Virus record (IMG/VR): IMGVR_UViG_3300036770_004953
Coordinates: 1 to 55,105 of that record
Strand: one strand, 5' to 3'
Source: a virus
Taxonomy: Duplodnaviria > Caudoviricetes
Length of the DNA stretch: 55,105 bases
Under the pieces are notes generated by a model, which had not been told where the DNA came from, ran no database searches, and saw only the letters and a list, made by a program, of their open reading frames with translations. Of the stretch, positions 19,981-29,900 are shown in pieces. Made by a program: the position numbers and the translations under genes. Within the stretch, counting starts at the first letter, position 1; each line of letters opens with the position of its first letter.

Positions 19981-20418
19981 AGTTCAGTTTGCTCTAACAG
20001 CACCAACGGAATCGAACCTCCTAGAGGATTCTTATCAATCAAAAAGTCTAAGAAAGGTCCCATCAAGCAGATCGTTCCTCAGTATTCAACACTCAAGAAT
20101 AATTACACCCTGCTATGGGATATGAAGAGCAATGAGGGTTACTTCAACATTGTTGCAGTATTCCAAAAGTTCTTTGATCAAACAATCAGTGCTAACTGGA
20201 ATTATAATCCAGAGATGTATCCTAATAATGAAGTGCCAATGAGTGTTATTGTAAGAGACTTCCTTTCTCATTACAAGAAAGGCCATAAAACGGCTTATTA
20301 TCATAACACTTATGATGGAAAATCTGACGAACCCAAGGAAGATTCGACAGAATTAAATAATCTTGTAGAAGAGTTATTACAAGCCGATGACGAAGTATGT
20401 GACAGTTGCGCAATTTGA
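19876..20418 (+). CDS. nrdA: ribonucleotide reductase alpha subunit, C-terminal part with C-half of split intein
   Basis: MKVKSI...TYDIEV..HHY....VSHN then SSVCSNSTNGIEPPRG, QKFFDQTISAN, KTAYY, C-terminal CDSCAI. Confidence 0.93.
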   Translation: MKVKSIQFNGDILPTYDIEVPEVHHYNCEGLVSHNSSVCSNSTNGIEPPRGFLSIKKSKKGPIKQIVPQYSTLKNNYTLLWDMKSNEGYFNIVAVFQKFFDQTISANWNYNPEMYPNNEVPMSVIVRDFLSHYKKGHKTAYYHNTYDGKSDEPKEDSTELNNLVEELLQADDEVCDSCAI

Positions 20419-20429
20419 GGAGATTAAAA

Positions 20430-22544
20430 ATGATTAAGGGAATGACCGTTTTCAATACTGATGATGTTAATACAACAAGATCCCCAATGTTCTTCGGACC
20501 TCCTCTGGGGGTCCAAAGATACGATGTTTATAAGTACCCTGAGTTTGATAAGCTAACCCAACAACAGCTAAGTTTTTTTTGGAGACCTGAAGAAGTATCC
20601 CTTCAGAAGGATCGCTCTGATTATCTGACTCTAAGACCAGAGCAAAAGCACATCTTTACCTCTAATTTAAAGTACCAGATTCTTCTTGATAGTGTTCAAG
20701 GCAGAGGCCCTGGAATGGCCTTTATTCCTTATTGCTCGCTACCTGAACTGGAGTCTTGTATGACAGTGTGGGAATTTATGGAGATGATTCATTCCCGCTC
20801 TTATACCCACATTATTAAGAATGTTTATGCAAATCCATCAGAAGTATTCGATACGATTATCAATGATGAGATGATTCTAGAAAGAGCATCATCTGTCACT
20901 GAATCTTATGATGATTTTATTAATTCTGCCCAGCAGTATGGTAGCACTGAATTATGGAAATTTGCTAATGAAGGGGTCGATCTGGGCAAAGACGAACGCC
21001 ACGAACTCAAGAGAAAACTCTATCGGGCTGTTATGAATGTTAACATCCTAGAGGGTATTCGTTTCTATGTAAGTTTCGCTTGCTCATTTGCCTTTGGTGA
21101 GCTAAAACTTATGGAAGGATCTGCAAAGATTATTTCCTTGATTTCAAGAGACGAGTCTTGTTTTGTTAAAGGGACCGAGATCCTAACCACAACTGGTTGG
21201 AAAAAGTTCGAAGACCTTAATAAGACAGAACTTGTGGCCCAGTATAAGGCTGATGGCAGTATTGAGTTCGTAAGACCATCTCATTACACCAGAAAGCATC
21301 ATAAGGGTCTGATCTACCAATTTTCAGATAAAAACCATCAATTTAATCAGGCAGTAACCCCTGACCATAGAATCATCTGGAGAGATGCAGTCTCTGGTGA
21401 AATTATGGAAAATACTGCAGAGAAGTATAAACCTACTTCGCTAAAAGAGTTTATTTCAACTGGATTTAAGAATGAAGGTAGAGATTCACTAACTTATGAT
21501 GAAAGACTGAAGATCGCAATTCAGGCCGTGGGTCGTCATAACATTTATGATGATGCCATTAGACTTAACTCTTTAGATCATGAACAAATTGATAGATTGG
21601 AGCACATTTTAATTAGTCTTGATTATGATTATGTTATTGAAGGATCGCAGAGTGATAGTGATCAAGAAATTGATTTTTCATTAGGAAATAGGTTTGATTG
21701 TAGCATAGAAACTGTTGTTGATACTAATGGTCTAGAAGATTTTTCTTGGGTTGATCTTAATAGTGTAAGCGGTCATTGGTGCCGCGAGTTTATTGAGGAA
21801 GTTTCCAAGTGGGATCGAAATCACGTTATGAAAATGGATTATGGCATCAATTTTCATTTAACAGTTAAAGGGACACAAGCTGCAGATACTCTACAAGCTG
21901 CAGATACTCTACAAGCTATTGCATCACTATCCGGTTGGACGTGTTATAGAGATAATCCATTTGATGATTGTTATTATTTCAGCATTAGAACTCAAAAAGA
22001 AACTTATAGTTCTGAAACATCTGATAATGTTGTTAAAACTTATGATTATGATGATGAGGTATTCTGTGTTACCGTTCCTAGCGGAATGATTGTTGTTCGT
22101 TATGATGATAAGGTTGTTGTCTCTGGTAACTGTCATCTTAACATCACTCAAAAAATTCTTAATAAGTGGAGTAAGGGTGATGATCCTGAAATGATTCAGA
22201 TTATCAAGGAAGAAGAGCCTCGTGTTTATAAGATGTTTGAGACCGCCGTTAATGAAGAAAAGCGGTGGGCGACTTATCTCTTTAAGGGTGGTTCTATGAT
22301 CGGTCTAAATGATAAATTACTCTGTAATTATGTTGAATGGATTGCTAATCGTAGAATGAAGGCAATCGGCCTAAGACCTGTTTATGAAATTCCCGCCAAG
22401 AATAACCCACTTCCTTGGACTGAACACTGGCTCAATAGCCGAAATGTTCAAGAAGCCCCAATGGAAACGGAAAAAGAAAGTTATCTTGTTGGTGCCATTA
22501 AACAGGACATTGAGGTTAATGCATTTGCGGACTTTAAGCTCTAA
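20430..22544 (+). CDS. nrdB: class Ia ribonucleotide reductase beta subunit with intein
   Basis: FFWRPEEV, QILLDSVQGR, EMIHSRSY, LEGIRFYVSF, RDES|intein|CH, VQEAPMETE; GAGGAG RBS. Confidence 0.95.
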   Translation: MIKGMTVFNTDDVNTTRSPMFFGPPLGVQRYDVYKYPEFDKLTQQQLSFFWRPEEVSLQKDRSDYLTLRPEQKHIFTSNLKYQILLDSVQGRGPGMAFIPYCSLPELESCMTVWEFMEMIHSRSYTHIIKNVYANPSEVFDTIINDEMILERASSVTESYDDFINSAQQYGSTELWKFANEGVDLGKDERHELKRKLYRAVMNVNILEGIRFYVSFACSFAFGELKLMEGSAKIISLISRDESCFVKGTEILTTTGWKKFEDLNKTELVAQYKADGSIEFVRPSHYTRKHHKGLIYQFSDKNHQFNQAVTPDHRIIWRDAVSGEIMENTAEKYKPTSLKEFISTGFKNEGRDSLTYDERLKIAIQAVGRHNIYDDAIRLNSLDHEQIDRLEHILISLDYDYVIEGSQSDSDQEIDFSLGNRFDCSIETVVDTNGLEDFSWVDLNSVSGHWCREFIEEVSKWDRNHVMKMDYGINFHLTVKGTQAADTLQAADTLQAIASLSGWTCYRDNPFDDCYYFSIRTQKETYSSETSDNVVKTYDYDDEVFCVTVPSGMIVVRYDDKVVVSGNCHLNITQKILNKWSKGDDPEMIQIIKEEEPRVYKMFETAVNEEKRWATYLFKGGSMIGLNDKLLCNYVEWIANRRMKAIGLRPVYEIPAKNNPLPWTEHWLNSRNVQEAPMETEKESYLVGAIKQDIEVNAFADFKL
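21159..22130 (+). mobile_element. intein (324 aa) in NrdB with probably degenerate endonuclease region
   Basis: starts CFVKGTEILT, block B VTPDHR, block F VFCVTVPSG, ends VSGN, C+1 = Cys. Confidence 0.9.
21875..21917 (+). repeat. 18-bp tandem duplication inside the NrdB intein
   Basis: acaagctgcagatactct x2 plus acaagct (QAADTL QAADTL QA). Confidence 0.9.
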
Positions 22545-22593
22545 TAAGACTCTCTTTTTCTAAATAATACAGACGATAGAAAGCCTTATTACA

Positions 22594-23853
22594 ATGTCTT
22601 ATTACCTTTCAGAAGCCTACGAAAACCTCTATAATCCTAGGATAGATTCGGTTGTTGATGATAATCTTCAGTTCATTGATTTTATGAGCGATGAGGACAT
22701 TCAAGAAGTTGTTGAATCTGTATTCTGGGAACTCCGTGATTATGGTAATACTTTAGAGGAATCTCTTGATACTCTTTCCCTTATCACTACGGATGAGGTT
22801 ATTACAGAGGCTTATGATGACATTCTTCTTGAGTTTAAAATGAGTGAGGCGGAACGCACCAAATTAGCCGGAAAAGTTGCTAGAGGTAGAGGACTTAAAT
22901 ACGCGCAGAAACTTGCTGATAAGGGTCGCCGCGAACAACGCACTGCCCGAATTCAAGGAGCGGTGAGTTCAGTCCGTAAGCGTGTTGATGGCCCTATTTC
23001 AAGAGCCAAGGCAGCTTTTAAAGGTGCTCAGGGTGGTCTAGGTAAAGCAGCTCAAGAGGGTAAGGCTAAACTAGGTAAACTACTTCGCCGGGGTATTAAG
23101 GCTGTTGCAGGTGAGGTGAGGGCAACTGGTAGGGGCATTGGTCGTGTTGGTAAATCTATCGAAAAGCGTGGTGCCACAGCCTCTCAGGCCGGCCTAAAAT
23201 CACGCCAGGCTGGTAGAGTGGGTTCAGGTGGTCAAATGCAGTTAGTGTTTGAGCCAACTGCCCAAGAAAAAACTGGTGGAACTGTATCAAAAGTCGGAAG
23301 AGCTATTCGTAAGGTTGGGGCTGCAATCGCACGCACACCATCTAAAGTAAAATCCGAGTTATCCGGCGGCAAGAATAAGGCTAAACTTGCTCAAATGCGT
23401 GCAGCAAGAGCATCTAGAGCCTCTGCAACTCCTGATACATCTGCCTTTGAGCGCAAGGGATTTGATGTAACTAAAAAGAGTAGCACCGCAGTTCGCCCCA
23501 AAGGTAAGCAAACTACTGCAAAAGGAGTTCCTTATTCTAGCTTATCCCCTCAGAAAGCGAAAGAATCTGGTAGAATGCAATCTGTTTCTCGTCAACGTAG
23601 AGAAGCTGGCCCTTCAAGTGCTAGAGTTGCACCTGGAACCACGGGTGAAAGAAGTAAAAAGAAAGAAAAAGGTGGCGCAACTTATGATGAAAGAGGCCGT
23701 CGTCTAAGAGAAGATTATGATCTTATTCTTGATAAGATTCTTAGTGATCTAATCAGCGAAGGTTATGCTGAAAACGAGGAATCAGCACTAAACATTCTTA
23801 ATAATCTCAATGAAGAGACTATTAATGAGCTGGTTCAAGAATATCTCGACTGA
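22594..23853 (+). CDS. hypothetical protein, putative internal head protein
   Basis: CTAAATA at 22560; acidic N- and C-termini flanking a very K/R/A/G-rich core. Confidence 0.75.
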   Translation: MSYYLSEAYENLYNPRIDSVVDDNLQFIDFMSDEDIQEVVESVFWELRDYGNTLEESLDTLSLITTDEVITEAYDDILLEFKMSEAERTKLAGKVARGRGLKYAQKLADKGRREQRTARIQGAVSSVRKRVDGPISRAKAAFKGAQGGLGKAAQEGKAKLGKLLRRGIKAVAGEVRATGRGIGRVGKSIEKRGATASQAGLKSRQAGRVGSGGQMQLVFEPTAQEKTGGTVSKVGRAIRKVGAAIARTPSKVKSELSGGKNKAKLAQMRAARASRASATPDTSAFERKGFDVTKKSSTAVRPKGKQTTAKGVPYSSLSPQKAKESGRMQSVSRQRREAGPSSARVAPGTTGERSKKKEKGGATYDERGRRLREDYDLILDKILSDLISEGYAENEESALNILNNLNEETINELVQEYLD

Positions 23854-23877
23854 TAACCGCCACAAAACCTAATAAAT

Positions 23878-23904
23878 AAAAGAGCCAACCACAGGCTCTT
23901 TTTT
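23878..23904 (+). terminator. intrinsic terminator
   Basis: aaaagagcc-aaccaca-ggctctttt plus further T's. Confidence 0.7.
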
Positions 23905-23910
23905 AATGCT

Positions 23911-24063
23911 ATGATTCATCCCACTGATGTTTACACCTTAAAGGCAAAGGTCCATAAGTTGAAACATAAACTTTATGCCGAGCCATCAAACATTCACGAA
24001 AAGCAGCTAGCAGAGCGTTATCTTAACGAAGTCTTGTTTCTTCTAGAAGAACTGAGGCCCTAA
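23911..24063 (+). CDS. small hypothetical protein (50 aa)
   Basis: ORF MIHPTDVYTLKAKVHKLKHKLY...LAERYLNEVLFLLEELRP; not in supplied track. Confidence 0.55.
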   Translation: MIHPTDVYTLKAKVHKLKHKLYAEPSNIHEKQLAERYLNEVLFLLEELRP

Positions 24064-24463
24064 CCAGACCATAAATGTTGGTCTTTTCGCTGCTAAAAAA
24101 TTTACCCTCTACGTTGGTATTATAATAATCCTCACGCATTATAACATCCCTTTTAAATTGTTCTAGGGTCTCAAAGTAACTCATACTTTTCTTATGAGGA
24201 CAAAGATAAAGTATTTCTCTCTTAAATCTAACCTCACCTAATACCTCTACATCAGAGATTAATTCATCACAAGAACCGTAATAATCTTTCCAGTTACTCT
24301 CTTTTTTCTTTCGTCTACCAGTCTTTCGATCTTTTCGTCTTTCCCAAAAGGTCTTTTTACCAACGTATTTTTTACCATTGATCGTATTTTCGATTAAATA
24401 AACAAACCCTTCCATTTCAGGAATAACCTCTGTGAATTCTTTCCCTTCGAAAGTCCAAGCCAC
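24023..24463 (-). CDS. GIY-YIG family nuclease
   Basis: GFVYLIEN..NGKKYVGKK, YYGS, FKREIL, YYN; ATAAATA late motif on minus strand at 24494-24500. Confidence 0.8.
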   Translation of the reverse strand: MAWTFEGKEFTEVIPEMEGFVYLIENTINGKKYVGKKTFWERRKDRKTGRRKKKESNWKDYYGSCDELISDVEVLGEVRFKREILYLCPHKKSMSYFETLEQFKRDVIMREDYYNTNVEGKFFSSEKTNIYGLVRASVLLEETRLR

Positions 24464-24479
24464 TTTTAAAACCGTCCTA

Positions 24480-24508
24480 TTGACAATTAAACGTATTTAT
24501 GCTAAACT
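24480..24508 (+). promoter_or_regulatory. sigma70-type promoter overlapping a divergent late promoter
   Basis: TTGACA-17 nt-TAAACT with TG extension. Confidence 0.6.
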
Positions 24509-24530
24509 GTGTCAGAGTTTAAATTTCAAA

Positions 24531-24710
24531 ATGAAAAACCATTATGAGACTATTCAACCAATTGTTAATTGATGTCTTGATCAATCCGAAAAACTTAATG
24601 AAGAGGATTCTCTTGCCTTGCTAAGAGAATTCGATGAATGGGTCCAATTTGAGGCCGAGGAAATTGATAATTTAGAAGTTTTTACTGTTGATAACAACCA
24701 GCCTAAATAA
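24531..24710 (+). pseudogene. 59-codon ORF interrupted by one in-frame TGA
   Basis: [58 protein letters not shown]; TGA at 24570-24572. Confidence 0.4.
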
Positions 24711-24733
24711 TTCCACGAGTAGTGGAATTAGAG

Positions 24734-26005
24734 ATGTTAATTGACCTACATAATTTTTTTAAATTTTATGATGAGAAAAACCCTAAGCACGTTAATGCTG
24801 TAGAGGAACTAGAAAAGCGTCTAACTGAAAAGGCCCCAGAGGAATTGACTGATGAGGCCAACTGGGTTAGAATTTTTAGAACACCATTAGAAAAGCCTTC
24901 TGTAAAAAGAGAGGTTCCTTGGTATCCACAAACAGATAATTTCACCCAACCAGACCGCACTTGTAATTCATCTTCTTGTGCGATGTGTCTAGAGTATTAT
25001 CTGATTGGTTCATTACCTAAGGGCGTTAAGGGTGATGATTCTTATCTAAAGAAAGTATTATCCTTAGGAGATAGCACCAATCACAATGTCCAGACTCAGG
25101 CTCTTAAATCTTATGGTTTAGATTCTGCCTGGATGACGACCCTAAACTTTAGTCTTTTAGATGAACATCTGGCTAAGGTTGGACCTATTGTTGCTGGTAT
25201 TTTACATCGAGGTCCCCATAGCAATCCCACTAGAAACAGTGGACATATGATTGTGATTCACACCAAATTGACCAATGGTAATTATGTGTGCCACGATCCT
25301 TATGGTGATCTTTATGACGGTTATACTGGTTCGGTTCAAAAGGGTAAGAATGTTATCTACGAACGCAAAGTATTAGAAAAGCGTTGGACTGCTGATGGTC
25401 CTAATACGGGTTGGGGTAGAGTTTTTTTTCCTAAAGAGAAAGAACCTGAAAAAATGCAACTAGCACCAGCGGCTAAGGTGTATGTCACAAAGGAACAACT
25501 GGCTCTTATCTGGAAATGCCACGTCTCTCTGATTAAAGATACAGAAATTGCAGAGCTTAATCAATGCCTGAGACAGTTTGAGATTACAACTCCTAGCAGA
25601 ATTCGTCATTTTCTTTCCCAGATTTCTCACGAGTCTGGTGGTGGCAGGTATCTTAAGGAAATTGCCTCAGGTGATGCTTATGAGGGACGTAAAGACCTAG
25701 GAAATACTCAGCCAGGTGATGGTAGAAGGTTTAAGGGTGCTGGTTATCTTCAGATGACTGGCAGAGCCAATTATCAGGCCTTTGCTAATTTTATTGGTGA
25801 TCCAAAGGTTATGGAAGGTGTTGATTATGTTGCAGAGAAGTATCCATTTACTTGCTCTGGGTTCTGGTGGATGAACAATAAGATGAACATCCTTTGTGAT
25901 CGTAATGCATCTGTTGAGGAAATTACTAGAAAGGTCAATGGGGGTCTTAATGGTATTTCTGATCGTAAAATGTATTATGCCCGCACTTTAGAAGTTATCA
26001 AATGA
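24734..26005 (+). CDS. putative endolysin: C39-like cysteine peptidase domain plus GH19 (chitinase/lysozyme-like) domain
   Basis: [16 protein letters not shown]...GHMIVI...HDPYG; [47 protein letters not shown]. Confidence 0.85.
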   Translation: MLIDLHNFFKFYDEKNPKHVNAVEELEKRLTEKAPEELTDEANWVRIFRTPLEKPSVKREVPWYPQTDNFTQPDRTCNSSSCAMCLEYYLIGSLPKGVKGDDSYLKKVLSLGDSTNHNVQTQALKSYGLDSAWMTTLNFSLLDEHLAKVGPIVAGILHRGPHSNPTRNSGHMIVIHTKLTNGNYVCHDPYGDLYDGYTGSVQKGKNVIYERKVLEKRWTADGPNTGWGRVFFPKEKEPEKMQLAPAAKVYVTKEQLALIWKCHVSLIKDTEIAELNQCLRQFEITTPSRIRHFLSQISHESGGGRYLKEIASGDAYEGRKDLGNTQPGDGRRFKGAGYLQMTGRANYQAFANFIGDPKVMEGVDYVAEKYPFTCSGFWWMNNKMNILCDRNASVEEITRKVNGGLNGISDRKMYYARTLEVIK

Positions 26006-26565
26006 GCGTCGTATTAGAAGTCAATCATCTAACCATCTACAAAGGCGCGGACTTTGAACAGGATTTTCAGCTGACTGATGAGAATAGTCAGCTGATTGAT
26101 CTAACAGGGTGTCAGGTTATTGCAAAGATTAAAAAGTATCCGGGTTCTAAAACCTTTAATACTTTTGATGTTGCGGTTCTTAATGCTGCGACAGGTTCAA
26201 TTAGGCTTTTGATGAGCAATACGACCACGATCTTTCTTACTGATGGTCGTAACTACTTTGATGTTTTTGTAATCTATCCTAATAACAAAATCAAACCTGT
26301 TATGAGAGGAACAATCCTCGTAGAACCAACAGCAACATCTCTAACTGTTCCTGGCCAAAGAATTGGTGATCTTGGAACAGTTGATACAGAAAACATCAGT
26401 GACGGGGAGGTTCTAATGTATAACCAAGAAGAACAATCCCTTGAGTTTGTTAATCCTGATAAGGTTCTTGAAAAAGCATCTGAAGATGGCTTGCCCGATG
26501 AGTTCTTAGATAATGTTTCAGATGCTGTTGATGATCGTATTGACATTGACTTTGGAGAGTATTGA
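26002..26565 (+). CDS. putative virion/baseplate-associated protein
   Basis: [11 protein letters not shown]...IDLTG...GRNYFDV pattern of phage structural domains; ends IDFGEY. Confidence 0.7.
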   Translation: MSVVLEVNHLTIYKGADFEQDFQLTDENSQLIDLTGCQVIAKIKKYPGSKTFNTFDVAVLNAATGSIRLLMSNTTTIFLTDGRNYFDVFVIYPNNKIKPVMRGTILVEPTATSLTVPGQRIGDLGTVDTENISDGEVLMYNQEEQSLEFVNPDKVLEKASEDGLPDEFLDNVSDAVDDRIDIDFGEY

Positions 26566-26858
26566 TGAGACTTTTTAAAGTAAGAACGATTGGTAATAAT
26601 AGTAAAAAAGTAAAATCAGAAATTCCTTCTGATTCTCCAACAACTGTTGGACTTTCTTCTGAGAGGTTTATTGATTATACGAATTTTCAAGAGGGGTTTA
26701 TTATGGCTTATGATGAGGAAAGAAATCGTTATCATTTTGTAGCACCAGATACTGTTATTGAGGATACATTTAAACAAGAAGAAAAGCCTGAACCATTCAC
26801 TACAATTGTTACAGATAAGGTAGAAGAAACACTTAACATTGACTTTGGTGAATACTAA
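26565..26858 (+). CDS. hypothetical protein
   Basis: ORF overlapping previous stop; ends IDFGEY. Confidence 0.65.
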   Translation: MRLFKVRTIGNNSKKVKSEIPSDSPTTVGLSSERFIDYTNFQEGFIMAYDEERNRYHFVAPDTVIEDTFKQEEKPEPFTTIVTDKVEETLNIDFGEY

Positions 26859-26909
26859 ATAATAATAGCCAATACATATTGGTGATTATTCACGGTACAT
26901 ACCACCTAG

Positions 26910-29900
26910 ATGAATACTCTCCCCTCAATTGCCTATTTACGGTCAGCTGTTCCTGGAAAAGTACCTTCCATTGATAAGCTTCCCTTTGGGCAATTTGCAA
27001 TTAACACCTTTGACGGGGATGTATTCGTTAAGCGTTTTAGAACTGGAATCGGCACTGATGTAGTAAGAGTAGGTGCCGGCGCCACTACAACAAACCTTAT
27101 CTGGGTAACAAAGGATGGTAAGGATACCAACTCAGGTAAAAAGCAAGGTGATGCAAAGGCAACCATTAAGGCGGCTGTTGCTGATTCAAAAGAAGGGACT
27201 GTTATTCGTGTAACAGCAGGTATTTACGAAGAAGATAATCCGATTAAAGTACCACCTCAAGTAAGTATTGTTGGTGATAGTCTTAGGGAAGTTGATGTAA
27301 TTCCTAAGAATGATGCCGACTTATTCTATGTGGGTCGTGGTAACTACATTACTGGTATGTCCTTTAGGAAAGAGGGCAATACCTATCCTCTTGCTATTGC
27401 AGCATTTGATCCAGACGATAAGCAATACATTAACCAGTCAACTTACGTTCAGAACTGCACTAACTTTATTCCAAATAGCATTGGTCTAAAGATTGATGGC
27501 AATAATGCCTTAGGACCATTGAAGTCAATGGTTCTTGATAGCTTTACCCAATACAATGCAAACGGAATTGGTATTTCGATTACCAATGAAGGTTATGCTC
27601 AGTTGGTGTCACTGTTCACAATTTGCTCTGATACCTCAGTTTATTGTGGCACTGGTGGGGCCTGTGACCTTACCAACTCCAACTCATCTTTTGGCAATAA
27701 GGCTCTTGTTGCTAATGGTGTTGGTCCTTTAAAGTACACTGGAATCCTAACAACTGCAATCCAACCAAGTGACTTTATTATTGAGGTTGATGTTTCCACT
27801 CCAACTTTCAATGTAACAGACGCTGATTATAATAACGAAACGGGTGTAGTCCAGATTTATACTGATGCGCCTCACCTATTCCAAAAAGGAATGAGCATCA
27901 ACATTACAGGTCTTGCTTTTACCTGTAATTCATCTCAACCTTTCCCCAATTCTGGGCGTTATCAAGATGCCTCTAATCTAATTATTGCCAACAAACAAGA
28001 GATTGTTGATAAGTCCCTTGCATCTATTGCCTTAGATTATCCTGATTTCTACTTCCCTGGTGATGCTCAAACCACAATCTATTCTCGCTATAAAGATTCT
28101 TATCGACTCATTCAAAAGAATCGTAGTGAGATTACCGAAAAGGCTCTTGCATCCATTGCGATTGGATTCCCTGACTTTTATTTCCCTGGAGATAGTCAAA
28201 CCAATACCCGTTCACAATTCTTTGATTCTTATCGCCTTATCCAACAAAATAAAGATGAAATCGTAGGACTAGCCTGGACTGCTATTATTAATCAGTATCC
28301 TGCTCTTTCTGCAACTGAATCAAAATGCAGAAGAGACCTTGGTTATTTTGTTGATGCTATTTCAACCGACATCTTTACTGGTGGTAATAGGTATTCAAGA
28401 GATTATACAAAATTCTACTTTAATCCTGATGGAACCCCAATCAGCAATGGGATTAATGATGTAGAAGAAATCAATGGTGCATTGGTTGGCTTTACTTCAG
28501 CCAGAGAGCTGATGAAGTCTGCTATTACGAACCAACTGACGATTAAGGATTTAACCATCACCCCTGATCCGAATCCATTAAACGGCCCTGTTTCTAATAC
28601 AAACCCAACAGCCTGTGATGGGGTTCAGCATCAGATCAATACTCTTGTTGGTATTGTTACGACTGTTATTGGAACATCTAACATTGGTTTCCTGACAACT
28701 TTTAGCGAGAATACCGGGACCTTTACTCCTGGTTCATCCAAGTGTTTAAGAGACCTTGGTTATTTTGTTGATGCTGTTTCAACTGACATTTTCCTAGGTG
28801 GTAATAAGTATTCAAGAGATTTCACAAAACAATACTTCAATAATGCTGGCATCGCAATCACCAATGGTCTAGTTGGCGAAGAATCACAATCTGTTTATGC
28901 CTTTAATTCAGCCAAAGATTTAATGAAGGCTGCAATTACAAACCAGCTGAATTTCCAAGACCGCACAATCACTGCTGATCCTTCGCCTTCATCAGGTATT
29001 GTAACCAACACCAATCCTAATTCTTGTGCAAACGTACAATCAACTCTTGATACTCTTGTTGGTATTGTAACCACGGTTATTGGAACCAACAACATCGGAT
29101 TTTTAACGACTTTCAGTGAAAATTCCGGCACGTTTATCCCTGCTGGTGAAAACAAGTGCCGTAGAGACATTGGTTACATCGTTGATGCCTTAGCAGTCGA
29201 TCTTAAGTTTAGTTCCAATGCTAACATTATCAATGCTGCTAATTCTTATTTTGATGCCAATGGCAATCCTATTTCCAATGGTCTTGTTGGTGAAGAAGCT
29301 GAATCCGTAAGAGCTTTTATCGGAGTCAGAGAATACTCAAAATTAGCAATCAATAATCAACTCAATGTTAAGGACTTTACCCTGATTGCCGATCCTGTTA
29401 CGGGTTCTAATAACAGCGAAGATTCCTGCTCAAACGTTAAAACAACGATTGATAATCTTATTGGCATCCTTACAACTTCTGTTGGTCTAGGTTCCACACC
29501 ATCATCTTCTATTTTCCTACCTCCAAGTGTTCTTTTCTATCCAAGTGGTCAAAAAGGATACATTTTTGAGGTTATTGATACTGCTCCTGGTCGTTATCTA
29601 GATGCTGCGGATCTCATCAATGCAAACAGAAAAGAAATCCTTGATAAGTCTCTTGTTGGCATTGCTTTATCCTATTCTGATTTTGTTTATCCTAATGACC
29701 CAGCGGATGATTTAAGCTATCGCTTCAAAGATGCCACAAGATTGATCCTTAAGAACAAATCTGAAATCGTGGGTATTGCCTGGACGAATACTTACAATAA
29801 TTATCCTTGTAACCTTCAGACTATTCCTAATGTAGAATCAAAATGTAAGCGAGACCTTGGTTACTTTGTTGATGCAGTAACAACTGATCTTTATACTGGT

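Noticed and set aside
24023-24463. GIY-YIG gene as the homing endonuclease of the split nrdA intein
   Set aside because: It lies about 4 kb away rather than between the halves, is short with no obvious DNA-binding tail, and nothing links it to nrdA.
24570-24572. Genome-wide TGA recoding
   Set aside because: Many well-supported genes (uvsX, gp41, gp61, nrdA C-part) end in TGA at expected lengths.
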